Below the pieces are notes generated by a model that saw only the letters and a list, made by a program, of their open reading frames with translations, searched no databases and was not told where the DNA came from. Position numbers and translations under genes: made by a program. A DNA stretch of 43,934 bases, the filler included, from Catajapyx aquilonaris (Eukaryota), in the NCBI GenBank assembly GCA_000934665.2. It is 2 parts of 2 records of this genome, joined end to end, with 100 filler letters (N's around TTAATTAATTAA, not from the genome) between each part and the next. Parts side by side here need not be neighbours in the genome. Positions count along the whole stretch, not along the records: positions 1 to 22,023 come from KZ539446.1; positions 22,124 to 43,934 come from JYFJ02005969.1. One strand, given 5' to 3'. Shown one piece after another: positions 1-24,774 of this stretch (positions are counted from its first letter, which is position 1; each line of letters starts with the position of its first letter).

Positions 1-102
1 CGCCACCAATTCTACCCCCCCCTATCGATACATACCCCCCTCTTCACCCCGAATCGATCGAAACCGAACCAATCTGCACCCCTCTCCGTCCGCATCCCGC
101 AG

Positions 103-185
103 GTCGGCGCCGAGATGGCGTGACGTCATCACACCATGGCTCCGGCGTGCTAGAACTGGTGACTGAAGAGTTCTAAACGGCGAAG
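103..185 (+). other. Probable non-coding 5'-UTR exon of ace-1
   Basis: Pyrimidine-rich acceptor (cccctctccgtccgcatcccgcAG, AG at 101-102) and strong donor AAG|GTGAGT at 186. All three frames contain stops. The nearest downstream acceptor I linked it to (ttgtcAG at 5196-5197) precedes the ace-1 ATG. Assignment to ace-1 is inference. Confidence 0.5.
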
Positions 186-1897
186 GTGAGTTGGATAAAT
201 ATATATACTAACCTTCCTCATGCGCACTTGACCCATATACACGTAACCGATATTTCCGGGAGGGGGACCCACCTTATTATTTCGTGCATTTGTAATAACA
301 CTCATGCATTCCGTAACTGGGGCTTGAAATATTTCACCGGGGACTCGGTTTTAATGCGACCCTATCGCAGGGGCACGCGATCGGAGACACACGGGGTAAT
401 AGCGTTCAGAGGCAGGATGCAATTATAAATATTTTCTGAGAAAATTGGCCCAATTATTCGGCCGGGCCCCGGTATAAATGCAGCCTTCCCAGCAAGGGGG
501 GGGGGGGGGGGGNCTTTTAGGCTTTTAACGACGGAATTCAGAGAGGTTCGGTTTGTTCAGCCTGTGCATATCTACATCCAGAAACACCCGGTAGTGCTGC
601 GTGGCACAGTTTTGGCGGGAGAAAATGACATAACCGTTTTCCACAAAGTTCGGTTTCCAGGAACTGTGGGGTTGCCTGTGCGTTTCGACTCGCAATCCCG
701 AGTTCCCCCCCTGCTGCTATACCTTTTGATGGGTACGCAAATGACACCCTTTTGTTACGGGTAGATATCATCATCTATTTCTGCCGCACGTATTGAAGCT
801 CCACGCCACAGGCACTCTACAGTACATTACGCGATTCTTTGAAGGGGAACGGAAAAAAGAAAGTGACTTAGCCGCTGCCTGCGAATTCGATTTTCCTGTT
901 CATGAAAGTAGGTATCACAAAATAGAATGGGCGGAAAATCTTGCCCTGCAGCCTCTCAAGCTCCCGCCACTAAAATTCTCGTTCATCTGGAATTGACATA
1001 TCGGTTTACGAACTGCAGATTGGCCATCTGCCGTAAATAATTGAGTGCTGGGAGGAAAAGGATCAGGTATTGCTCCGGATGTCTTCAAAATAGTGGGTCG
1101 CATCCAGAAACTCGTATGGGTGAATTTCTCAGTTGTTGTTTATCAGAGAAGACAAAATTGTCATTGTGGGTCATTGTTGTTTGAATCTACAAATAAGCGG
1201 CTCATTTTCTAGCTGAAATGTGCAGCACCAATGTCTTTACATTTACTGCACACTGGCAGTTAGAATTCATTGCGGAAAAGTGAGCCCGGTGCGGTACCGG
1301 GAAAACTTTTCCTGGGCAATAGATTTCAGGTGTTGAACTCCGTAATGGAGAGAGAAGTTTGCCGAGATTCCCCAAGCAGTTTAAATATTACAGTGCATGT
1401 ACGATTAATCAGGGCAGGGAGGGGGCATTAGGGATTAATTACGTGAGAATGGCGAATTTATTATCGCCGCAGGCAAGTTTGCCGCGGTATAGAATATTTC
1501 CGCAGCCTCCCTATTTAGCATATTTGGCGATTTTTTTTTTTCCTTCCGGAGTTTGGCTTCTCCGACAACTGTTTTCCAGGAGTTGGATGATTCCGGTTGC
1601 GGTTGGTTACTCTAACAACGAATCGATTATCCACAGGACTTCTCCCGTTGGAGTCAGTTCTTGTCGCAATTTCCCCCCTTTGTACGTGATGCACTCGTTT
1701 TAAGCCATTTGTGTGCGGCCCTTTATTGATTCGGTTCAATCTGATTTGGGGGTGAATCAAAGTCAGTTCTTCCGATCTACGGCCGCAGTAACGAGAAAAT
1801 GATCGGAATTGAGGGAAATTGCTGCAGGAGACATCCAAAGTTCGACCTGCCCGTAATTTACTCCTGAAAATGACTCGGATTGGGTACAGGGGGAGTC

Positions 1898-1899
<2 letters not shown>

Positions 1900-1941
<42 letters not shown>
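1900..1941 (+). repeat. Poly(A) homopolymer (42 nt)
   Basis: Seen directly; explains the poly-K/poly-F ORFs. Confidence 0.9.
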
Positions 1942-1943
<2 letters not shown>

Positions 1944-4900
1944 CTGGTGGTGATCAACGGTGCGGGCTTTTTTCCGCTCGTTTTTTTTGGTTGGAGGTGT
2001 GCGAAATGAGCGGTTGGAAAAGCGAGGGTTTTGATCAAACGTGGGGCCAGTTTTTTTCACGGTTTTATCAATTTTTAGATGTTGTTTACCTTGTCAGCGG
2101 CCGGCTCTGACATGGAAAATTTGCCCACTACATTGTCTTGTTTTCCCGGCCCACTGCGCTGTATCATTAGCGTTTGAAGACTATATTTCTGTAGGCTGAT
2201 GCTCCAGGTGTTTGGTCAAAATTTAAGCAACAGTGCAGTGTAGCACAGATGGCAGACAAATGACGGTTGGCAGGTGGACAGACAGAAAGAGAGGCAGACA
2301 GAGAGACTCACAAACGGCTCTATTGACCAAAACGCATATTTATCCTTAATATGATGCTGCCCGTTGTACAATAGTGGCTGACGGGAAGCTCTGAACAGTC
2401 AGGATAAACATATTTATTTTGTGTCGTCACTACAGTGACCACATTTCGAGTGAGTCATTGCTATTGGTGTAAAAACTACTTATTTTTACCATTCAAAAAT
2501 TGCAATAGTAGCAACTAGCCAGTTACCGCAGCAATTAGCCCGTAGCGCTACATTGGCCTGCAACATGGACGGTAGAAATGGGGCATTTTCTCCGGTTCTA
2601 GAGCAAGAAAAATAAAATAAAACGGGATATATCTCAGGTCGGACCGTATCCTCTAGAGATGCCCCTGCGGGAACGCAAGGTATTCCGGTCAGACAATCTA
2701 GAAGGAAAAAAAAGGAGGGGGGGGGGGTTAGAGTGGGCAATATTGGGGCGGGCCGAAACATGGCAAGAAAGTCGAGCTTTTTCGGTCCGGCGGCATTGTG
2801 ATGGAGCGCGGTGATGAAAATGCCTGCAGCTTCTTGGCCGGACGTGAACTGACCGATAGCCATGGATTCGGAGGGAATGTTATGAAGCAGGGAAATGACA
2901 TCTGCAGGGAAGTCACGTCTTCATACCAAACTTTTTTTTTCTTCTTCTTCTTCAATGGTCTTTTTTTTCATCATATTCCTTATTCACCTGGGTTGTCCGA
3001 ATCAGTGGCATGGTGTAGGTTCAATATTTAATTGGACGAGGACACCTTTATAATGTATGGACCGAGTAGGAGGAGGGGTTTGCATACATTCCATGGAAAC
3101 TGGCGGCCACTTCAACAATTATACGTCAGTCTTGCTACTGTCGGGGAGTTTGGAGGGTCCGGGAAAAAAAAGGTCTCATTTGCCACAGAGGAAGAGTGAT
3201 GCTTTGCCAGAGTCAACTAGGGACAGGCACTTCACGACCCCCTCTTCTCTTCTGTCTCTTTCGGAGAGGGGGAGGGATGAGTGAAAGATATCGGATATTC
3301 CGACGGTGCTCTCCCGCAGTGACGCTTCGTGTTGTATATGCCCTGCGGCGCTGCAGGGGGGGAGTTATATTTCCTGAAGGATTTTTGGGACAGGAATTGT
3401 TTCAGAAGTGTGTACAGTCAAAATCAAAAGAATGTTTGGTATGTTTAGCGAAAACGGGCCAAAAATGCAAAAAAAAAAAAATACTGGATATGCAAATGAG
3501 TTAGAATTGGGCTCAATCTCCATCTTATTGCTCTAGGCTCAGCTGCAATGGCCCAGATTTTATGAGTCGGGTTGGTCATCGTATGCATAGATGGGCATCA
3601 ATAATGTGGGTCGTATAGCAGAGGAACTGACTTTTATAAAACGGGCGTCAAGTAGTCAAACAGCGAGCGGAATGGCTCATTAAGGAATCGTCTGCAGAGT
3701 TGGATAACTTCCTATTTCTGAGCGCCTCATTAGTCCATAAACAAGCAGTTTCAAGTGCTTAAAATCTGCTTACACAACCGGCCTCTGAGAAAACGCCACT
3801 TCCATAACTCGTAACTCTCTCGTTTAAGCCTGGGAAATTTCTGCTGCGGGGAATTTTTCGGGGGCGTGGTTTTGAGAATGGCCGGCTCATTTAGCCTCAT
3901 TTAGTTCATCGCATATTCTGAAGGGAGTAATGGGACTTAAGTTAGTTAATCAATCTTAAAGAGCACACAATGCGTTTCGATGATGTCGAATTAAAGGCGC
4001 GAATCAGGACTCAAGGACAGGTTTGGCGTCACCAAGGCTCTTTAAACACAATCGATGAGCGGTGATAACAATGAGAGGGTGATGTGATGCTAATTAATTT
4101 TATTGCCATTGCGGGAGACGTCGAGTGTGATTGACTGACGCACTCTTAAGAGAGGCCCTGCAATACCGGGATGTTTTACAGCACTGCGTGATTTACGGCT
4201 CTCTTTGCATCCAAGGGCGAAGACTGGTATTGGCGCCTTCTCAGAAACAGTTAGCTCTTTAATATAACAATTTTACTCATAACAGTCAGAATGCATATAA
4301 TATGGAAATTGTATACCAGTCGCATCAACAAAAATATTAAGGGTTTATGTATCGCGAACGTCTTTGCTACATAAGCAGGTTTAGATGTCTATGACAGTGC
4401 AACATTTGTCTTCAAAATGCAGTGTTGGAAAGATATTGAGTAGGTTAATCCCATAAGTGCAGCGCATATACGGGATGGATGGGAAGTAAAGGCATCACTT
4501 TCTTTGATAAGTCCTAAGCCCTTCAATTTTGGAGCAGCACCGACGCTCGGCATATTAATTGGTATCGCCATTGATTTTATTTGAGTACCCCGGGGATCAC
4601 ATGCTGGCAGTGACAGCCAGGAAGATCCTTTTGTCATAGTCCCATCCTACTCTCCCGTGGGGAGGTCATATTTCCTAAGGCGGTCTCAAGTGGGGGAAGT
4701 TGGCACCTACCCTTTATATTGGACCCTTCCCAAAAATTAGGAAGGGCCGTGGAAGGGGTTACCTCAACTTGAAAGTGTGGTGATAGCTGGTATTGCACAC
4801 CATATGTTCCCTACAATGTAGGAAAAGCAGCTAATGCTGTACATCATTTTACTTCCAAGCAAGCCAAGTCCATTTATACACTGTATAGGGGTGGGAAGAA

Positions 4901-5240
4901 GTTTCAATTAGGTTACAGCACACTTGACGTCAGCATCACTTCCGCTCCATAAAGAAAATTGTTGCCATTGTGAATAATTGACTCTACTGTAGAAGTAAAA
5001 TGCGTGTACTTCTTCAGTTGACGGTGCTCTATTGAATGCGACGTAATTGATATGCTTGTGCAGCTTGACCATTCGGCCCATCCTACCTCCCCCGCACCAT
5101 GCGCCGTACAGTACTGTACCTCCCACCTAATATAAGCTCCGTCCATTCTCCTGGCTTGCAGCCTCTACAGTCTGTCTCTGTCTTGTTCATTTGTCAGATC
5201 GACGAGGACGCGCGGAAGTGGGACCAGAAGCGACGTAGCC

Positions 5241-17902
<12,662 letters not shown>

Positions 17903-20900
17903 CCCAACGGCCGCTGCAGCAGCTGCTACCACCGCCAACACCGTCGTTGCCACCGCCGTTGCCCCCTCACCATCACTCACCTCCTCCACCAGCAACCATC
18001 AAGCCCGTCAGCCAGCTAGCCAGCAACCAGCCAGCCAGCCAGCCCACAATGATCCGGAGGACACTACCACAAATGAAAAAAGGAACATGAAAAACAACCA
18101 CCGAGACGAAGATGATGACGATGATGATTTTGATGATGACGAAGAAGAAGACAGGCTTCCGGTCAGCCGAAGATACGACCGCCGCAAGAAAAGCTGTGAT
18201 GCACTCCCATCTGCCCGACTCTTTTTCCTCCCCAGCCCCCTTGCCCTTTGCTGCATTCATCCATATCTGCACACACATATCCATCCGTCTTCCCTTCCTG
18301 TACACAGCTTTCCAAACAAAAGAAAAACTACCAAAAAAATGTAATGTTAACCCGTCTACAGTACTTCTCTTCCACCTCGCTTGTGATGACAGCGCGTAAC
18401 CCATACATATCCATTGATGGTGCAAATCGAACACAAGGTAACTAAAACTCCAAGTCGACGTCTGTAGTGCTGTAGCCACTTCGCCCTTCATCGACAAAAA
18501 AAAAAAATTATTAAAAAAAATTAACCTTCCTTTCTCTTCCTTCCTTTTACTTCCTTTTCACTCACCCTGTTGAAAAATAACCCCCCCGCAACTTTGAAGT
18601 GGGATACCTCTTCATAGCTGGTGCACCCCAAATAGTGCGCAGACATGAATGTCTACCACCGATATACTGCCACTCCAGTCAGTTTTTCTTGTCATAAAAC
18701 CAGGGTTGCGTTCAGTTTTCGCTTACATCAGAGTCGCACTTGTTGCTTCGACCCGGAAAAAAAAATGTTCCTGAAAAGTTGTGTTCGTTAAAAAAAAATT
18801 TACCCAGTTTGCTCCCCCACCTCCTACTCCCGGATAGAGAGAAAGAGAAAGAGAGAACATGTATTTAAAAAAAAGGTAAAAAGAAAAAGAAAGTGAACCT
18901 GTTGGATGGGGTTAATTGTGCCCCGGGTGCATCGAAGCAATCGTCTCCAGCAACCTCTTCAGGTGGTTGCTTCGATGTGTCCTCTAGGATGCGACGATCG
19001 CAACATGTGCTTCCTCAGTTCGGACTGGATAGCTACAACTTTAAAAACAAAACGTATGAAAAAAATAATAAAAAATGGCTTTTCGCAGCAGCAAAACACA
19101 TACCCACATGTACACACAAAAAAAGAAGAAAAAAACACTCACATACGTACACACAGTGTCAATAGTGAGCCCTCACACTTGTCACCAAGAGAGAAAAAAA
19201 AAGATATTGTGTTATACTCATAATGTTGTATAAGAATAATGATTGTTGGGGCTCCGTACTCGCCACCGGACAAAAAACGTTCGTGGAACGGTGACAGGTG
19301 CCGAGCCTCGGATGTCATCTAGTTTATTTTATGAAAAACCAAACCAAAGGTGTGCACTCCGTAAGCACTGTTTGGGGTGAGTCCATGCTGGGATCTTTTT
19401 TTAGATATTACAAAAGTGTCTCCCCTTTACCCCCCTGCCAATTTTCCACCTCTCCTTCTGCCGATTTTTGGAGAGCAGATGGACCGCAGTTGCCTGCTCT
19501 CTAACCCCCCCCCCACCCCCACCCCCCAATTTTATCTTCCGAGTTGCCGAGGCCCCCTCCCCCCCCGAAAAAAAAATGTCCCGCGACGCGACGTCACTTC
19601 CTGGAGGTGCCCAGTGCCCAGACGCTCCGGCCAAATTATGTATTGGAAGACGGAGACGGCTTTTTTCCTTGAGTCGCTTCGGGGTGGGTATTACTGCACG
19701 GATTGCAGAGTACGTTCATTTGTACGAGCTTCGCACATAGACCTGCTGTTTCCACACTTAATATCGTAATGGTAGCCCCCCCAGGAAAATTAGCCCTATC
19801 TGGATCTCCACCCCGGCTTTATTACAGGGAAGAGCCGATTCCGTCTGCTTCATATTTGAACTTACGTCACTATACCTCCGCAACATTGCTTAACCGATGG
19901 CCGATTACATTTATATATATATATAAAAGTTCTGAATGGCCATGTTGCCAATTTTTGAGCTTTTTTTTTTTAAACAAAAAAATGTCGGTCCGTTCAGTGT
20001 TATATTCCAGCCTGCGCAGTGCCTCTCACTTTCCATCCGAGCACGCGTTGGGCTCTCCACGCAGGCGGACGTGACGTCAGCTCGTGTGGGTACGCCAGCT
20101 TTTCAACTAACAAATAAAAATAATGACAAAAAAATGACCCAGCTGCCACTTACACGAACAAGCCCCCTCTGACCCCCCCTTCACACACAATCAGCCAAGT
20201 ATACTCCACCACACACTCCCCCAAAAAATGACAAAGAAATGAAAAAATGGCCGAAAAAATTCTGGTTCCGTAGCTCTCCCACTTAAAAAAAACAGCTGAA
20301 AAATATGAAAAAATAACAACTAACTAGGCACAGCCGTAGCCTAGCTAGCCCCACTGTCCTCCAGAGCGGCCAGCCGCAGCCCCTCCTCGCGCCCTGTATA
20401 GTTTTGTAAGCGTGACCAAAAACGAGCGAAAAAAAAATCCTATCTATAAAAAAAATATATACATAATATATACATAATACTATGTAGCGGTAGCGCCTCT
20501 CCGTGCACAAGCCTCCAATTCCGCCTCAGCCGCTCCGGTCTCGGCCCGCCCCTCCAATTTTATTATTCCTACATTCTTATACAATCCTTTTTCTCTCTAT
20601 TTTTGGGGCTTTCTCTCTTCCTCCTTCCCTTACCCAGTTTTTTCCCCCCCAGAGCTCTGCTTGTCCACCTTTTCCTCGCTAAATTTTTTGGGGCTCTCTT
20701 TGTCTATCTATTCTCTCTTTTCCTTGCTATGTGACTTACATATCAGCGCGCGCCGACAGGCCGGAGCGTCTCCTCTGTGACGATCCGTGAGACTCAAATA
20801 AAAGGCGTCTGTGTCCGTTATTCGACACGTTTTCATTCCTTTCATTCCTTCCAATGCAGGTGTCTCCACTGTAGGTTTTGCTGGTGGCGGCCATCTTGGC

Positions 20901-21649
20901 GCGGAAGGTGAGCATGAAACAGTTAGCAAATGTATCTTCATAAGGATGAGCATTGTAAGGGGTTCACCTGGGTGTCTTTTGTCTTTGTTTCAGTTCCTTT
21001 TGCTCAACTGACAACAGTTAGTCTAAACTTGTGGGAAGGCTGTCACTATATAGCAGAATCTTACCATATAGTAACGTGTGTGTAAAAGACAAGGTACAAG
21101 CCAACAGCAATTGTGACGTAATATTCGTAACGAGGCGCCTTCCAGATAAGATGGGAACTCGCACTCCATCTGTTAGCGAGTTGTGTCGACTCCTCCGGAG
21201 CGGGAAAATCAATTGACTGGAATTTTGCCTATATCAGTATGGCGGCCTGCTAGTTTTCGACACCGTCAGACAGGCTGTGTGGCGCTAGTGACAAGCACTG
21301 GAATGTTTTGGACGTCCTCAGCAGATGGAAACCTTATACAGCCTACTGTATAATTAATATGCCTTTTTTACTTAAAGGAGGAAAAGAAGGATGGAAAGGG
21401 GGGGAGGGAATATAACTGAAGCACACAAATTACCACATTATTTTACTTAACACACTAATAAGGCTAAAAATGTAACCTAAATCAAACATTTTATGGTGAT
21501 TGTTGAATGGTATAAATTACCGTAGAAAAATAATATACAAGGATATATTATGAGGATTTATTTGACAAATGGCACTACATTGAGATTGATGGTTTTGTTG
21601 TGGCGCCCTTTCTTTACAATAAGTACATGCGAGAGAGAGCGCGAGTATC

Positions 21650-21717
21650 GAGGTAGCGCAGGGGTCTAGGGGCTAACCACTCTATTCGTAACCAGAAGGT
21701 TGAAGGATCGAATCCTG
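21650..21717 (+). pseudogene. Degenerate tRNA-like sequence (SINE head or pseudogene)
   Basis: A-box-like GTAGCGCAGGGG and B-box-like GGATCGAATCC at tRNA-like spacing; stems do not pair well. Confidence 0.4.
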
Positions 21718-21833
21718 AAAAAAATGACGTCGTTTCTTTTTATCGCTACGGACCTTTCTCGCTGTTACTTCATCTCTCATTTCACATTTATTTCTCTTTG
21801 AAGTGCATCTTCCAACACTCACACTCTCGTTGC

Positions 21834-21909
21834 ACCAGAGCGTGGCTCTGAGGTAGCGCATCAGACTCTCAATCGGGAGATGTGGGTTCAAATCCCGTGT
21901 CTCTTTGGT
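21834..21909 (+). pseudogene. tRNA-like sequence (pseudo-tRNA or tRNA-derived SINE head)
   Basis: A-box TGGCTCTGAGG, B-box GGTTCAAATCC within a GGG/CCC T-stem, imperfect acceptor pairing ACCAGAG / CTCTTTGGT, imperfect anticodon stem. Confidence 0.55.
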
Positions 21910-22023
21910 TGAGAGTCAGAAAAAAAAAATTTGCAGCCGACATCTCTGGCCAAGATGGCGATTGTTTCTTCGCAGTTTCCCCAACACATCTTCAGAGGTG
22001 TCAGAGGAGCAGCGAAGAGGGGG

Positions 22024-22123
22024 NNNNNNNNNNNNNNNNNNNNNNNNNNNNNNNNNNNNNNNNNNNNTTAATTAATTAANNNNNNNNNNNNNNNNNNNNN
22101 NNNNNNNNNNNNNNNNNNNNNNN
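22024..22123. other. Artificial contig join: N44-TTAATTAATTAA-N44
   Basis: Exactly 100 nt, with a central palindromic linker encoding stops in all six frames. Confidence 0.92.
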
Positions 22124-22673
22124 CTCACGTTAAATCGGACGGGTTAACGGTCAAGACGAGAGTGAAGGGTGGTTGAGCACGGAAGGCACGTCCACACACA
22201 ACGGGAGCAGGGAGTGGAGTCCGAGGTTACCTAATGTATGCACACTATCAATTATACAAAGATAGTGGTGGTTTGAGAACCACACAATGGTTCTCCCTTT
22301 GTCAGTGGTTCCTACAATCCAGCTGGCCCTTGCACGAGTATTGTATAAATTGTAGCAGTTCGAATGTTTGATTAGAAAGAATGCTGCAATTAGGACCAGC
22401 AATGAGCCTGAGAGGTCCGTAAAACTAAGCTGTCAACCTGAACCCCCATGTGGACGCGACGATTCACTGGGATGAACTTACCTCTTTCCAGGCTGGCTGG
22501 TGCATCACCAACCGAAGTGGCTAACAGACATAAGTCAAGACACAAACCCGAGGGGGTAACCAATTTGTGGAACCAATGTACACGTCAGCCCCTGGACATT
22601 CCCCCTATAATCAGTTCTTATCGCCTTTTGCGGGAGGTGCTCACTTGAGAGCGCCTTTCACATCTGATATGAT

Positions 22674-22959
22674 CGGTAAATACCAGGGATGGAAAAAGAA
22701 CCGCTTCTTGGAAGGAAGCAGTTCTTTTTTCCATGTTCAGGGTTGGAAAAAAGAACCGCTTCCTTCCAAGAAGCGGTTCTTTTTCCATCCCTGGTAAATA
22801 CATGTGGTGACCCTACCGGACAGCACTGAACTTAGGTAGAGGGGAAGAGTTGGTCAAAATTAATAATCTCATACTCGTATGACATTCTTAATTTTGACCG
22901 ACTCTTCCCTTCTACCTAAGTTCAGCGATGTCCAGTAGGGTCACCACATGTATTTTCCG
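22674..22959. repeat. Long fold-back palindrome (~80-bp arms) interrupted near its left tip by a hAT MITE
   Basis: AAATACATGTGGTGACCCTAC...AACTTAGGTAGAGGGGAAGAGTTGGTCAAAATTAA pairs with TTAATTTTGACCGACTCTTCCCTTCTACCTAAGTT...GTAGGGTCACCACATGTATTT. Confidence 0.8.
22684..22793. mobile_element. 110-bp hAT (Ac-like) MITE with perfect 8-bp TSD GTAAATAC
   Basis: TIR CAGGGATGGAAAAAGAACCGCTTCTTGGAAGGAAGC / GCTTCCTTCCAAGAAGCGGTTCTTTTTCCATCCCTG; TSD at 22676-22683 and 22794-22801. The terminus resembles the maize Ac TIR (CAGGGATGAAA). Confidence 0.85.
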
Positions 22960-24038
22960 GGAGCCGGTGCATCCCAGCCTACATATGATAATCTGAAACG
23001 GGACGTGCAGTCAAACACGGTATTCCCTGCATTTAGGCTCATTACTCATTTTCAGTCACCTTCATCCTAATTAAACATACACACTTTGTATGACCCTACA
23101 GCAGTGGATCGTACCATGTCCTCCAATCCTATCCAAACAAAGACTCATGCAAAATGCACTCTCCTGAACAAGCCTGATGGCTCACCAAATCCACATCCTA
23201 CATGCAAGCACCCCAATCCCTCCATACTCCAGCCGCCAACTCAAAACACGTTCCAAAACGTCAACCGCCGTCGTTTGGAACACCCACGCCGAGAAAAGCC
23301 GAGCATGACGTTGACACCACCGCGCGTCGTACATACCCTTCTCCTTGAGGCCCTGGTGTTGTTGTAGGGGCGCCGCCCCCCATCCGGAGTTGGCTTCCCC
23401 CCAAGCCCCGGGAGCACATCGGGTTCGGTGCAGCATCACCCTTGTTTTCGAACCTTCCCAAATGCTAGGCCTAGGCCCCGGCTCTCCCTCCCACGCACCG
23501 CTTGTTACCCCCTCCAGACCTCCCTCTCCCCGCTATGCCCATTCCTCCCCCCTTCGCCCAACCGGGGCATCGCAACTACCCCCCCACCATCGCCACAGTT
23601 TTCCCCCCTCTCCCGTGTGTTCTACTCACGTCCATCCATGTTCCTTGGTGTTTCTGTCTGCACCCGCCGCACCCCGGCCGCCTCTTCAGGGCTGGCACTG
23701 CATCGGGGATGTCGGGTGATGGACGACAGGGGAAGCAAAATGGGGGGCGGGGAGGGGGTAGAGCAGAGTAAACCCCCGCCGAACAGGAGGGCAAGGAGAG
23801 GGGGAGTAGTTAGTAAATGTCGGATACTCTCGGCAGAGGGAGGCAGGCGCGGCCGGGCCTCCGACGCACTGGAAGCAACGCGCCGATGCCCCGCTTTTGC
23901 TGGTTGCGTCCTTTTCCCCCTCTCCCCTCTCTGTTGTTCCAGGGAGGAAGGTGGCGCCTGGTGGTACCAATAGGGGGAAGGGGGAATAAAAATTATATGG
24001 CGCGGGAATTGCATTGGCAACACTGATGCCCCCCAGAT

Positions 24039-24135
24039 CAGCCAACCACAGCTCGGGACAGGTCACGTGATACGTCCAGCCAATCACGGTTCGGATAGGT
24101 CACATGATGCGTTCAGCCAATCACAGCTGCGGATA
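24039..24135. repeat. ~37-bp tandem repeat (2.5 copies) carrying CCAAT and E-box motifs
   Basis: CAGCCAA(C/T)CAC at 24039, 24077 and 24114; the first two are each followed by GGTCAC(G/A)TGA. Confidence 0.65.
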
Positions 24136-24774
24136 CACACGGACAAACTTCGCGTAATGAAGGGGGACGATCGGGCCACTTTTTAATAGCTGAATATTGA
24201 GCGCGTACTTGGGTGTGCATAAGCGAATTATGCATATAGAGATTGAAGGTCCTTGAGTCGGGAGGAAGGTGATATCCCCCGGAGGCCCCGATCTCCCGAA
24301 TGCCGTCAGCAGTTGTCATGGTGACAGCGGTTGTCTTCAGAGGTTGGGTGGCTGTGCAAGGACAGCTTTTTCCAGCAGGGAGAAAACTTGAGAGTGTGTC
24401 CTGGGAGCCTTTTTTTTTGGAGGGGTTTCAGGTGGCGTCTATACATACATTTCGTGGAACAGAATGGTTCGTCAATTGGATGTATAGGTGTGATGGAGCG
24501 CAACGAGATGAAAAATCGCACCATAAACTGGAAAAAAATTTGTATGATTGCTAATTTGAAATGCGGATTTCACCAGAATATATACGACCCACAAACCTAT
24601 GTTCATTATTGCTTCTTTACATTACTGGGAACGAGTGTCACCAAAAATTGTGGCAGTTCAGTACAACAGTAACTGACAGGGTTCTATTAGGCATAATAAG
24701 TGGAAGTGTCTGTTTGTCGTGGGAGCCAAACTGACTAAATGCAAGACTATTCTGTGGTTGGGGATGGAAGAGAG

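Noticed and set aside
1515..2110. 181-aa and 76-aa ORFs with poly-F/poly-K
   Set aside because: Products of the 42-nt A tract; no coding character.
3551..3770. Possible MITE with CAGATTTTA...TAAAATCTG ends
   Set aside because: Only a 9-bp match and no TSD.
21955..22023. CAAGATGGCG start of an ORF (MAIVSSQFPQHIFRGVRGAAKRG) running into the gap
   Set aside because: Lies directly behind a tRNA-like head and is more simply read as SINE body; too short to call.
23086..24087. Cluster of overlapping 70-180-aa ORFs on both strands
   Set aside because: Expected in GC-rich DNA; no recognisable domain.
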